The position numbers and the translations under genes are program-made. Positions 36,873-46,310 of a stretch of 64,000 bases of DNA are shown in pieces. This DNA comes from SAR324 cluster bacterium SAR324-CTD7B (GTDB taxonomy: Bacteria; SAR324; NAC60-12): the NCBI GenBank assembly GCA_002082305.1, contig LSNO01000017.1, positions 813 to 64,812 on the forward strand, given 5' to 3'. Below the pieces are notes generated by a model. It was not told where the DNA came from. It saw nothing but the letters and a program-made list of their open reading frames with translations, and searched no databases. The stretch's first letter is position 1, and every line of letters starts with the position of its first letter.

Positions 36873-37992
36873 TTAGCGCATATTGACAGACAGCAGTTTT
36901 TGAAACAATGCTGGAAAGGAGTGCAAAACCTGAATCACACCATCCGTCAACTTTGGCCATAAGCGAAGTAACAGTACCAAACTGGTCATAATCTGATATC
37001 GTCGATAGATTTGAGCACTTGCTCGTGAATAATCAAACATTGCCTTTACAAGATTTCCAGAATTCTCTTTCAATACCGGCTCTACATATTTTTCTAACAA
37101 AAGTGCCTGCCTGGCCGCAATACCGATACCTTCGCCAGTAATAGGATCAAAAAAGCCGGCGGCATCACCAATCAGCAAGATTTTTCCATTCGCCACACCC
37201 AGTGTTTTCTGGTACAACGGACCTTTTGCCACCGACTCATCCAGAACATCTGCGTTTTTTAAGCGATCCTGCAGTTCCGGAAATTCATTTAACATTGAGC
37301 AAAACAACTTTTTGCCGCCATGCTCAGGTTTGTAGCGCTTTGCGTCCCACAATAAACTGACGTTTATGCTGGTTTCAGAAACCGGAGTCACATAGGCTTC
37401 AAGCCCTGAACCCCAATGAATTTCAACAAACGCGCTCCAGGGTTCAACATTAAAATGTTGTCGAACACCCCCAGCGTTTCAGCTTTGGGATTGTTGCTTC
37501 CAGATTTGCCAGTTTTCTAACCCGTGAATGCAACCCATCTGCGCCAATCAATAGTTTTGGGTGAAAAACATTATTTTTAATACTGACTTCAGGATTTTCT
37601 TCTAAAGAACATGCTACAGAAGCCCCTTCTTGTATTTCAAGATTTGGTAAAGTTTCGGCACATTCAAGCAATGCGGCAGATAGCTTAGTTCGCTGAACAC
37701 CCCATCCGCAACCTTCTGCAAAATTTGCTTCTGCAACACTACCCTTTGCGGAAACATAGCTGATCCCTTTAAAAAGGTGGTAGGGATATTTTTCCAGGAA
37801 ATGAGCTACTCCCAACTTCTTGAAATTATTAACACCCGAGGGCATAATACCTTCACCACAGGCTTTATCGATTGGATATGTTTGTTTTTCCAAAACCAAT
37901 GTCCGTAGTTCATTCCTGGCACAGGCGATCCCCGCGAACAATCTGGCAGGACCGCCTCCAATTATGATTACATCATAGTTGTGTTCGGACAT
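36873..37992 (-). pseudogene. FAD-dependent oxidoreductase/monooxygenase (geranylgeranyl-reductase-like), interrupted by +1 frameshift in a G5 run
   Basis: The two track ORFs (37450-37992 with 'YDVIIIGGGPA'; 36873-37391 with 'LLIGDAAGFFDPITGEGI') are the N and C halves of one ~372-aa flavoprotein. Removing one G from the run at 37468-37472 (C5 on plus) joins them: '...KRWGVRQHFNVEPWSAFVEIHWGSGLEAYVTPVSE...'. Confidence 0.78.
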
Positions 37993-38051
37993 TTATGCCA
38001 TCCAGTTGGAGATTTGAACAAGAATACGGCCCCTTTGCTGTGACCAGAATG

Positions 38052-39461
38052 TCACAAACTTAACTGCACATTAGTATCACGCAGTGCTGTGCGCAAACCT
38101 TCTTCAATCACAGGATGGTAGAATGGCATTTCCAGCATTTGAGGAATTGTCATTTTCTGCTGGTGTGCCCATGACAGCAAATGCGCCAAATGTTCCGCCT
38201 GTGGACCAATGAATTCACTCCCCAGAAAAAGTCCAGAAGTTCGATCTGCATAAATATGCATCAAACCCTTGTTTTTAAGCATTACCCGACTACGGCCTTG
38301 TCCCTCAAAGGACAGTTTCCCCACAACTACATTTTCCTGTCCTTTTAGTTCACCCCATGACTGTCCTACCATTGCAATTTGAGGATCACAGAAAACAACC
38401 GAAATAGGAGATCTCCGCATACCTGATTTAATGTCCGGAAAACGTCCGGCATTGTCACCGGCAATTCTTCCCTCATCTGCCGCTTCGTGGAGCAACAGCA
38501 TAGTGTTATTTACATCTCCGGCAATAAAAATAGACGAATCTCCGCATTGCATAGTATTTGGGTCAAACACCGGAACCTCCCGGGAATCAAGTTCAAGACT
38601 GGTGTTTTCCAATCCTAAGTTTATTACATTTGGGGAACGTCCGGTAGCCGCCAGTACATACTCAAAATTTTCTTCCTTTTCCTTGCCGTCTTCCCTGTCA
38701 ACAAAACGAATCTTTACTTGATCACCTTCACGCTCCAAACCATGCAGATTGGCTTTCGTATCGAGAGGGAATTCGGCTTGAAACACCTTTTCTGCATAAT
38801 CCCTGATTGCCATATCGCTGAGAGGTGTAAGTGAACCTGAACGCCCAAAAACCCTTATACGGACTCCAAGTCGGTGCAATGCCTGACCAAGCTCAATCCC
38901 AATCAGGCCCGGGCCAAAAACAGCAACTGACTCCGGTAGTGTTTCCCATTCAAATACATCGTCATTGACAATCAGTCTATCACCAAGCCCTTTAAACATC
39001 GGCATGAGTTTTGGAGAAGAACCGGTTGCAATTACGACTGATTTGGCTTCAATTATCTCCTCACCAACCTCAAGTCTATGATCATCAAGAAATTTTGCAT
39101 GGTTTCGAAGGTGGTGTTTTTGATCAATATTTTCAATATCGTCCAATACAAACCCCACAAATCGGTCACGTTCACCTCGAATGCGCTCCATCACTTCTCT
39201 ACCATTGACAACAGGTTTTGCTGTCTGAATTCCAAAGCCGGAAGCAGTCTCTACTGAATGAGCCGCTTCTGCAGCAGCAATTAGGAGTTTGCTGGGCATA
39301 CAACCAACACGGGCGCAGGTAGTTCCGTAAACTCCTCCTTCGATCAGTACAACTTTTTCAGAGTGTTTTCGTGCAGCACGAAAAGCCGGAAGCCCGGCAG
39401 AACCGGCACCTATGATGGCAACATCAACCTGACGATTCGATTTTTGTGAATTATTCAACAA
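38052..39461 (-). CDS. pyridine nucleotide-disulfide oxidoreductase, dihydrolipoyl dehydrogenase family
   Basis: 469 aa with 'VAIIGAGSAGL', redox-active 'GTTCARVGCMPSK', an NAD site 'VAVFGPGLIGIELG' and a C-terminal dimerisation 'HP' motif. TTG start. Confidence 0.85.
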   Translation of the reverse strand: MLNNSQKSNRQVDVAIIGAGSAGLPAFRAARKHSEKVVLIEGGVYGTTCARVGCMPSKLLIAAAEAAHSVETASGFGIQTAKPVVNGREVMERIRGERDRFVGFVLDDIENIDQKHHLRNHAKFLDDHRLEVGEEIIEAKSVVIATGSSPKLMPMFKGLGDRLIVNDDVFEWETLPESVAVFGPGLIGIELGQALHRLGVRIRVFGRSGSLTPLSDMAIRDYAEKVFQAEFPLDTKANLHGLEREGDQVKIRFVDREDGKEKEENFEYVLAATGRSPNVINLGLENTSLELDSREVPVFDPNTMQCGDSSIFIAGDVNNTMLLLHEAADEGRIAGDNAGRFPDIKSGMRRSPISVVFCDPQIAMVGQSWGELKGQENVVVGKLSFEGQGRSRVMLKNKGLMHIYADRTSGLFLGSEFIGPQAEHLAHLLSWAHQQKMTIPQMLEMPFYHPVIEEGLRTALRDTNVQLSL

Positions 39462-40236
39462 TGCCTTTATTGATTGAGATTTTTAAAATGTGTATGACTA
39501 GATCCACTCAGATTTAGTCCCTAAAAAACAAAACAATTCTGAAACGATTACGTTTCTTAAAGTAAACATTCATTAAATTGGATCAAGAATAATTAGCTCT
39601 TAAACCAATTCTATCACTACGATTTAACATGAACATCCTTACTGTTTCAAGGTGAATCAATGTTTTATAAGTCTTTGTCTTAATTATTTGACAAACCTTT
39701 GCAAAACAAATTATTAAGTTTGGCAGCTTAAACAAAACAGACTCCACTATTTTATTTGAATAAATTATTTACAATGCTTGCAAACTTCATTAAGTACTCC
39801 TAGATTATTGCCATTATTTTTACAATTTTTCACTAACTTTTCATCAACCATGATTTAAAAAATAATGAAGGCACTTTGTCACTATATCATCTTCAGGAAA
39901 GAGGGTATTGCTTTGGAATCCAGTTCAGTAGAAAAAATTCTGAAACAAACCTAGCATACATTCATGCTATGGTTTAATATTGAACAAGTTAATCGAACTT
40001 TGATTTTGTATATATTTTATAAATTTATTCTATTTATTATCAATTATTTATGAACTTATTTGTTATTTTGAATTCTTTTTTGTTGATTTTTCAGTTAGAT
40101 TTGCTTTATACTAAATTAGTCAGTGTGATACAGAAGCTATTCCATGGATAGGAAAAAACTTCGCCAATTCTAGTCTGAATACGTAGGTGAGTGTTGGCGT
40201 AAGAAAAACAGCAAATGGATTTGCTATTAAAGAAGA

Positions 40237-41667
40237 ATGGAGTTTAGTAAAAAAATTTTGATATTTCTGACTTCATTTAGGCAACATGTTTTATCATTGC
40301 CTGTTTTATTTATAATTCTTCTCTCCCTTTTCCTGATCGTCCCTGAAACTAGCCAATCCCCGAATATAGCCTATTATCCTCAGCATTCACAGTATCATCC
40401 GAGGATTTTTCCAACTACTAAAGTCAAACTTAAAGTCCCCGATTCTCCTGCAAATTCAGTAAAACATTTAGAAATTCTTCAATCCATTCCGGATTTAAGC
40501 ACAAACCAACTGCTACAGTCCGTTGGGAATCTGCATCGATCTTATTTTGAAAAAAAGAAGAATCAATTTTTCAACGAAAGAATGCGAAGAATTATCATGA
40601 TGTTTATGCAATTCGAATCAATCAGTAGGCAAATATTCAATCGGGGCACAGTAAGTTTACCGACCCAAACAGATTTAGAAGGTTTGGCTGACCACGTCGT
40701 TGAAAGTCGCTGGTATCGTGAGGCATTAAATCGATTTTCTTCAAATAATGCTTACGGTTTTTCTGAGGAACGTATGCTCCGAGTTTTAATGTCCATTCAC
40801 ACGGCTGCACATTTTTTTGAAGTACCATACCCTACTCTATTCTGTTTGTTTTTTCAGGAATCAAAATTTGATTTTCTGGCCAACAGCGCAACTGGTGCAA
40901 AAGGAATTGGACAACTCACCAGTATTGGGTTACGGGAAGTACAACGGTTAAGGAATGCTTCAGAAATGGAGTTAAAACTACAGAAAACTGCATTTCATCT
41001 AAATCGAGTTTATACGGACCCGCAAATACAAAAATGGCTAGAAAACCTCGGTTTCAAAATAAATTTTGCTAAAATTTCTCCTATACCAGAAAAAATAGAA
41101 TTTACACGACTTTCCTCTTCTTTTATGCGGGAAGTTGGAAAAGAACTTGTAAAGGAGGGCCAGTCCTATGGAGAAAATACCAGCTTACTGTGGTTCCTCA
41201 GCAAAAGGCTGAGAAGGGGGGATATTCTCTCCAACCGTTTTGCGCACATGCACAAAGTCTTTTCTCAGATGCTTGAAGAGCAATATGCAAGTTCACAAGC
41301 AAGTGCCTATAACATTGAAACAAATATTCTTTTGTCCACAATTCTCTTTAGCCATTATTACCGCTATCGATGGCGCAATAACAAGCAGGTTTTCAATCTA
41401 CCCCCAGAAGCAAGGGTTATATTGGCCACATCTGCATATAATCATGGACAAACGGGAATGCGTCGTTTTTTGATCAATCTTAAACAAGAGTTCCCAATGC
41501 TGGATTTTCAAGCACTTTCTTCTAAAAAATTAAGAATCCTGTTTACTATTCGCCGATTATCAAATGCTATTAAGCAGTCCCCTCGCAAGATCAAGGAAGT
41601 TTCAAGGCACGTCCGAAATATTATGGATTGTGCAGAAAACAGGACAGTATCGCCAAGAGTACTTTAA
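40237..41667 (+). CDS. lytic transglycosylase (SLT) domain protein, membrane-anchored
   Basis: 476 aa with an N-terminal TM helix. 'LFFQESKFDFLANSATGAKGIGQLTS' matches the SLT catalytic ES...S..GA.G.MQ motif. Confidence 0.7.
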   Translation: MEFSKKILIFLTSFRQHVLSLPVLFIILLSLFLIVPETSQSPNIAYYPQHSQYHPRIFPTTKVKLKVPDSPANSVKHLEILQSIPDLSTNQLLQSVGNLHRSYFEKKKNQFFNERMRRIIMMFMQFESISRQIFNRGTVSLPTQTDLEGLADHVVESRWYREALNRFSSNNAYGFSEERMLRVLMSIHTAAHFFEVPYPTLFCLFFQESKFDFLANSATGAKGIGQLTSIGLREVQRLRNASEMELKLQKTAFHLNRVYTDPQIQKWLENLGFKINFAKISPIPEKIEFTRLSSSFMREVGKELVKEGQSYGENTSLLWFLSKRLRRGDILSNRFAHMHKVFSQMLEEQYASSQASAYNIETNILLSTILFSHYYRYRWRNNKQVFNLPPEARVILATSAYNHGQTGMRRFLINLKQEFPMLDFQALSSKKLRILFTIRRLSNAIKQSPRKIKEVSRHVRNIMDCAENRTVSPRVL

Positions 41668-41688
41668 TAAAAACAACCCCTGCATCTG

Positions 41689-43554
41689 TCAACGATAACC
41701 GGCTGCCTGCATTTGAAATAACTCAGAGTATTGTCCTCCGGCATCTATTAATTCTTCATGCGTTCCATGCTCCAACAACTTTCCTTCATGCAAAACAACT
41801 ATTCGATCGGCCATTCGAACTGTAGAAAATCGATGAGAAATCAGTACAGCACACTTATCAAATGTTAATTCTACAAAACGATGAAAAACTTCATGTTCTG
41901 CTCGTGCGTCCAAAGCGGCGGTAGGTTCATCCAAAATCAGGAGTTGTGCGTCACGCATATAGGCACGTGCTATTGCAATTTTTTGCCATTCTCCTCCGGA
42001 TAGATTGGTACCCTGTTTAAACCAGCGTCCTATCATCTGTTGATAACCTTCGGGCAGCTTGTCAATCACTTTATCAGCCAAACTGCGCTGGGCCGCTTCC
42101 TTAATACGATTTGCGTTGTTTCTATCATCAATTCGACCAACCGCAATGTTTTCTGATGCAGTCAAGTGATACTTCACATAATCCTGAAAAATAACTCCAA
42201 CGGCATCCCTCAATCCATCCAGGTTATAATCACGCAAATCGTGACCATCCAGCAAAATCCTTCCCTCGGCTGGATCATAGAGGCGCGTCAGCAGTTTTAC
42301 TAACGTGGTTTTACCTGCTCCATTTTCGCCAACCAGAGCCAATTTTTCACCAGGATGCAAAGTGAAAGAAACATCACGCAAAACCCATTTTTCCATCTGT
42401 GGATAACGAAAACTAACATTCTCAAAAGTAAAACCATCATGAATAGTCTCCGGGAAAGGCAGTGATTCGTCCTTGGACCTGATTCGCGGTTCCATTTCAA
42501 GGAAATCAAACAGGTCACGCAGATAAAGAGCACTGTCGGCGATACTGGAAAAGCGGATTAGAATTGCTTCCATCAAAGAACGTAATCGTAAAAAAGAACC
42601 GGAAAGAAATGTCAGATCACCCAGTGACAGTTCTCCGTATACTGTTCTGTAAATAATCACTGCATAGGCTGTGTAGTAGCCTAAACTACCGAGCATCGAA
42701 AGCAATCCTCCCCAGGCCGCACGCCGTACAGAAAGATTCCTGTTTACCTGGTAATATTCTCCGGCTAATTTCTGGTAACGTTTGCCAAAAAAATCAGACA
42801 AACCAAATATTTTTACCTCTTTAGCCGTTTCGTCACTGGCTCCTGCAAAACGCAAATAATCAAGTTCACGGCGCTCCTGTGTCCAGCCGTACATCAATGA
42901 ATAGCTTTGACTGTTGAAATGTGTTTCTCCTAAAAATGCGGGTATTAGCGTGATGGCCAGCAGCAATAAAAGCCAGGGGTTGAATGTGATTAAAGCTGCT
43001 GCTAAAAAAAATACGGTGATGCTGTCCTGAAGCTGTGTCAAGGCCTGCGACATCAATAAGATTCTGCTTGAAGCCTGACGTCTGGCACGTTCAAGCTTGT
43101 CATAAAATTCTGAATCTTCAAAACTTTCAAGATCAAGCCTTGCTGATTGATGAATTAGGCGCAAAGATATTTCATGCGAAACCAAATCACCAAGTAAACT
43201 GTCCACCAAAGCAATGCCGCGGCCCAGCAAATCAGAAAATACTGCCAGACCAAGCTCTATTAAAACAAATGTCGTTAAAATTGACATATCCGGGTTTTCA
43301 ACTGCAGATCCTCCAGCAGTAACTGAAATCAGTACAATCTCATCAATGATGAGTTTGCCAACATAAAGCATAGTTAGCGGCAAAGAAGCCCGGACGACAC
43401 GCAGTAAAATATTAAAGACTGCCAGCAAGCGGTTGCAACTCCAGATAAGTCTGAAAAATTCAGGCAGATTTCTGAGTGCACCAAGACGTTCACGAAAATC
43501 TAAATCAGGAGGAACTCCATGAGTACCAGATGTGTTTTTGCGTCTTTGTTTCAT
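41689..43554 (-). CDS. ABC transporter, fused permease/ATP-binding protein (exporter type)
   Basis: 621 aa with a 6-TM N-terminal domain, Walker A 'GENGAGKTT', signature 'LSGGEWQKIAIARA' and Walker B 'LLILDEPT'. Confidence 0.9.
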   Translation of the reverse strand: MKQRRKNTSGTHGVPPDLDFRERLGALRNLPEFFRLIWSCNRLLAVFNILLRVVRASLPLTMLYVGKLIIDEIVLISVTAGGSAVENPDMSILTTFVLIELGLAVFSDLLGRGIALVDSLLGDLVSHEISLRLIHQSARLDLESFEDSEFYDKLERARRQASSRILLMSQALTQLQDSITVFFLAAALITFNPWLLLLLAITLIPAFLGETHFNSQSYSLMYGWTQERRELDYLRFAGASDETAKEVKIFGLSDFFGKRYQKLAGEYYQVNRNLSVRRAAWGGLLSMLGSLGYYTAYAVIIYRTVYGELSLGDLTFLSGSFLRLRSLMEAILIRFSSIADSALYLRDLFDFLEMEPRIRSKDESLPFPETIHDGFTFENVSFRYPQMEKWVLRDVSFTLHPGEKLALVGENGAGKTTLVKLLTRLYDPAEGRILLDGHDLRDYNLDGLRDAVGVIFQDYVKYHLTASENIAVGRIDDRNNANRIKEAAQRSLADKVIDKLPEGYQQMIGRWFKQGTNLSGGEWQKIAIARAYMRDAQLLILDEPTAALDARAEHEVFHRFVELTFDKCAVLISHRFSTVRMADRIVVLHEGKLLEHGTHEELIDAGGQYSELFQMQAAGYR

Positions 43555-43744
43555 TGATGTTATTCAGAGTTTAAGAAAAAACTGTCTGTCCAGTAAGTTT
43601 TATTGATTAAGTAAAGATATTTACTTGAATTTCTTACAAAGATGCTAGCATAAGCAATTAAATATTTCAGATTGAAATTGCAATTTTACCCATTTATTCA
43701 TTATATTATGGCTATTTAGTTTTAAATTATTTTCAGGTAATCCG

Positions 43745-44935
43745 ATGACAAAATCAAATACCAGAACGGCCTTTGATTGGGCTGATCCTATGTTGTTTAA
43801 TGAACAACTTACTGAAGAAGAGCGCCTGATCCGGGACACAGCCCGCGATTTTAGCCAGGACAAATTAATGCCCAGAGTTTTGGAAGCAAACCGCAATGAG
43901 GTTTTTGACCGTGAAATCATGAATGAGTTTGGAGAATTCGGATTTTTGGGTTCGACCATTCCGGAAGAATATGGAGGAGTTGGAGCAAGTTATGTTTCAT
44001 ATGGTTTAATTGCCCGTGAAGTGGAGCGGGTAGATTCGGGTTACCGCTCGGCTATGAGCGTGCAATCCAGTTTGGTGATGCACCCGATTTATGCATACGG
44101 CAGTGAGGAACAGCGAACAAAATACCTGCCGAAACTCGCCAGTGCCGAATGGATAGGCTGTTTTGGTTTGACCGAACCTAATCACGGTTCCGATCCAGGC
44201 AGTATGGAAGCACGTGCGAAGAAAGTTGATGGTGGATTTAAACTGACTGGAAACAAAATGTGGATTACAAATTCACCAATTGCTGATGTCTTTGTGGTTT
44301 GGGCTAAAAACGATAAAGGCATAATCCGCGGCTTCATTTTGGAAAAGGGCATGGAAGGTCTGAGTACACCAAAAATTGTGGGAAAAATGTCACTGCGGAC
44401 ATCTGTTACTGGTGAAATCGTTATGGATGAGGTCTTTGTTCCAGACAAAAATGAATTGCCCAATGTGTCCGGACTGAAAGGTCCGTTCGGCTGTCTGGAT
44501 CGCGCACGTTTCGGCATTGCCTGGGGAACGCTTGGTGCGGCCGAGTTTTGCTGGATGCAGGCACGGCAATATACACTGGACCGGATTCAGTTTGGACGTC
44601 CGTTGGCGGCAAACCAGTTAATACAAAAAAAGCTGGCTGACATGCAAACTGAAATCACGCTGGGTCTGCAGGGAGTTTTGCAAATGGGACGCTTGATGGA
44701 CCTGGGGAAATGCGCTCCGGAATTGATCTCATTGATGAAACGCAACAATTGCGGAAAGGCTTTGGAAATTGCACGGCTCGCCCGTGATATGCACGGCGGT
44801 AATGGCATTTCCGATGAATTTCACGTCATCCGCCACGTGATGAATTTGGAAACCGTCAATACTTATGAAGGAACACATGACGTACATGCGCTTATTCTTG
44901 GAAGGGCACAAACCGGAATCCAAGCGTTTTGTTAA
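43745..44935 (+). CDS. gcdH: glutaryl-CoA dehydrogenase
   Basis: 396 aa with '[27 protein letters not shown]', '[16 protein letters not shown]' and '[15 protein letters not shown]', typical of GcdH within the acyl-CoA dehydrogenase family. Confidence 0.9.
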   Translation: MTKSNTRTAFDWADPMLFNEQLTEEERLIRDTARDFSQDKLMPRVLEANRNEVFDREIMNEFGEFGFLGSTIPEEYGGVGASYVSYGLIAREVERVDSGYRSAMSVQSSLVMHPIYAYGSEEQRTKYLPKLASAEWIGCFGLTEPNHGSDPGSMEARAKKVDGGFKLTGNKMWITNSPIADVFVVWAKNDKGIIRGFILEKGMEGLSTPKIVGKMSLRTSVTGEIVMDEVFVPDKNELPNVSGLKGPFGCLDRARFGIAWGTLGAAEFCWMQARQYTLDRIQFGRPLAANQLIQKKLADMQTEITLGLQGVLQMGRLMDLGKCAPELISLMKRNNCGKALEIARLARDMHGGNGISDEFHVIRHVMNLETVNTYEGTHDVHALILGRAQTGIQAFC

Positions 44936-44952
44936 AATATTTGATCGAAAAC

Positions 44953-45145
44953 CGACAGTTGCAAATTATTCTAACATTATGGTTTTAGATAACCTTTTCA
45001 AATTTATTTTTCATTCCAGCGAAAGCAGGAATCCGTGCCATGAGCAGATCTAGGTAAAGTATTTCAGCTATACAAAATTCCTGGATTCTCTTTTACGCGG
45101 GAATGACAACTTTTTACAAGTACGTCACAACAGACTCATGAAATC
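44953..45145 (+). repeat. MITE-like intergenic repeat, copy D (diverged, with internal insertions)
   Basis: It shares 'cgacagt', 'gttttag', arm TCATTCCAGCGAAAGCAGGAATCC, arm GGATTCTCTTTTACGCGGGAATGACA, and 'ttacaa...tcatga' in the same order as copies B and C. Confidence 0.6.
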
Positions 45146-45165
45146 ACCTGACATTCAGTTACCAG

Positions 45166-46263
45166 ATGCTAATTCAAGCTGAACCACTTAATAATTTAGT
45201 CTCAACCCTCCTCAAAAAAGGCGGCAGTTGCATCGAAGAGGCTCAAGTGGTGGCCGACCATCTGGTTCGATCCAATTTGGCTGGACACGACAGTCACGGT
45301 GTCGGAATGCTGCCTCTTTATGTACGGATGCTCAAAGAGGATTTCCTGCGTCCGAACCAAAAACCTGAATTGGTTAACGCAGACGGCTCGATTTTGATGT
45401 TTGACGGTCAGCGTGGTTATGGACAGGCAGTCGGTAAAATGGCCATGGTACAGGCGATTGAAAAATGCCGTGAATCCGGACTGGTTTTAATGACACTCAG
45501 GAACACTCACCATCTCGGACGAATCGGGACCTACGGTGAGCAAAGCATTGCATCAGGATTGGTTTCGCTGCATTTTGTCAATGTGACTGACCATCCACCC
45601 CTGGTTGCGCCTTTTCGAGGCTCTGACGCCCGTTTTTCGACAAATCCGATTTGCCTCGCCATGCCCGGAACTGAAAAACAACCTCCGGTGTTACTGGACA
45701 TGGCAACCAGCCGCATAGCACTCGGAAAAGCACGGGTTGCTTTAAATAAAAACGAAGCACTCAAAGATGGACTTGTTATCGACCACAAAGGACAACCAAG
45801 CTGGGATCCCGGAGTGATGGCCGGATACTTATTTCCAGAGCGTCCGGACAATCCTCCACTAGGTGCTCTGACACCGCTCGGAGAATACAAAGGCTACGGA
45901 CTTGCCCTGTTTTGTGAATTACTCGGCGGACTACTCAGCGGCGGCGGCACTATCCAACCTGAACATCAGCGCCAAAACAGCATTATCAACAACATGTTCA
46001 CCCTGGTAATTGACCCAGCAAGATTAGTGGATGTTACCTGGATGCAACACGAAGTAGAAGCAATAGTCGCACACGCCAAAGCCTCGCCGCCTGCCAATCC
46101 GGAAGAACCGGTGCTGGTTGCCGGTGATCCGGAACGTATTTCAAAAAAAGAACGTCAGGTTCAGGGCATTCCGATTGATGATGCAACCTGGGAGCAAATT
46201 CTTGAGTGCGGAGAGACTTTAGGACTTACCCGGAAAGAAATGCTGAATTTAGAGCAGCTATAA
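45166..46263 (+). CDS. Ldh_2 family (malate/L-lactate/ureidoglycolate/Pip2C-reductase type) NAD(P)-dependent dehydrogenase
   Basis: 365 aa with 'LAGHDSHGVGMLPLYV', 'NTHHLGRIGTY' and 'EYKGYGLALFCELLGG', signatures of the Ldh_2 family. Confidence 0.85.
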   Translation: MLIQAEPLNNLVSTLLKKGGSCIEEAQVVADHLVRSNLAGHDSHGVGMLPLYVRMLKEDFLRPNQKPELVNADGSILMFDGQRGYGQAVGKMAMVQAIEKCRESGLVLMTLRNTHHLGRIGTYGEQSIASGLVSLHFVNVTDHPPLVAPFRGSDARFSTNPICLAMPGTEKQPPVLLDMATSRIALGKARVALNKNEALKDGLVIDHKGQPSWDPGVMAGYLFPERPDNPPLGALTPLGEYKGYGLALFCELLGGLLSGGGTIQPEHQRQNSIINNMFTLVIDPARLVDVTWMQHEVEAIVAHAKASPPANPEEPVLVAGDPERISKKERQVQGIPIDDATWEQILECGETLGLTRKEMLNLEQL

Positions 46264-46310
46264 TCCAACAACAACAATTTCCATTTAACAAGAAAATACA
46301 AAGGTTTCTA

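Noticed and set aside
39700-39740. Possible sigma54 promoter around 'TTTGGCAGCTTAAACAA'.
   Set aside because: It has the GG element but lacks the TTGC -12 element at the correct spacing.
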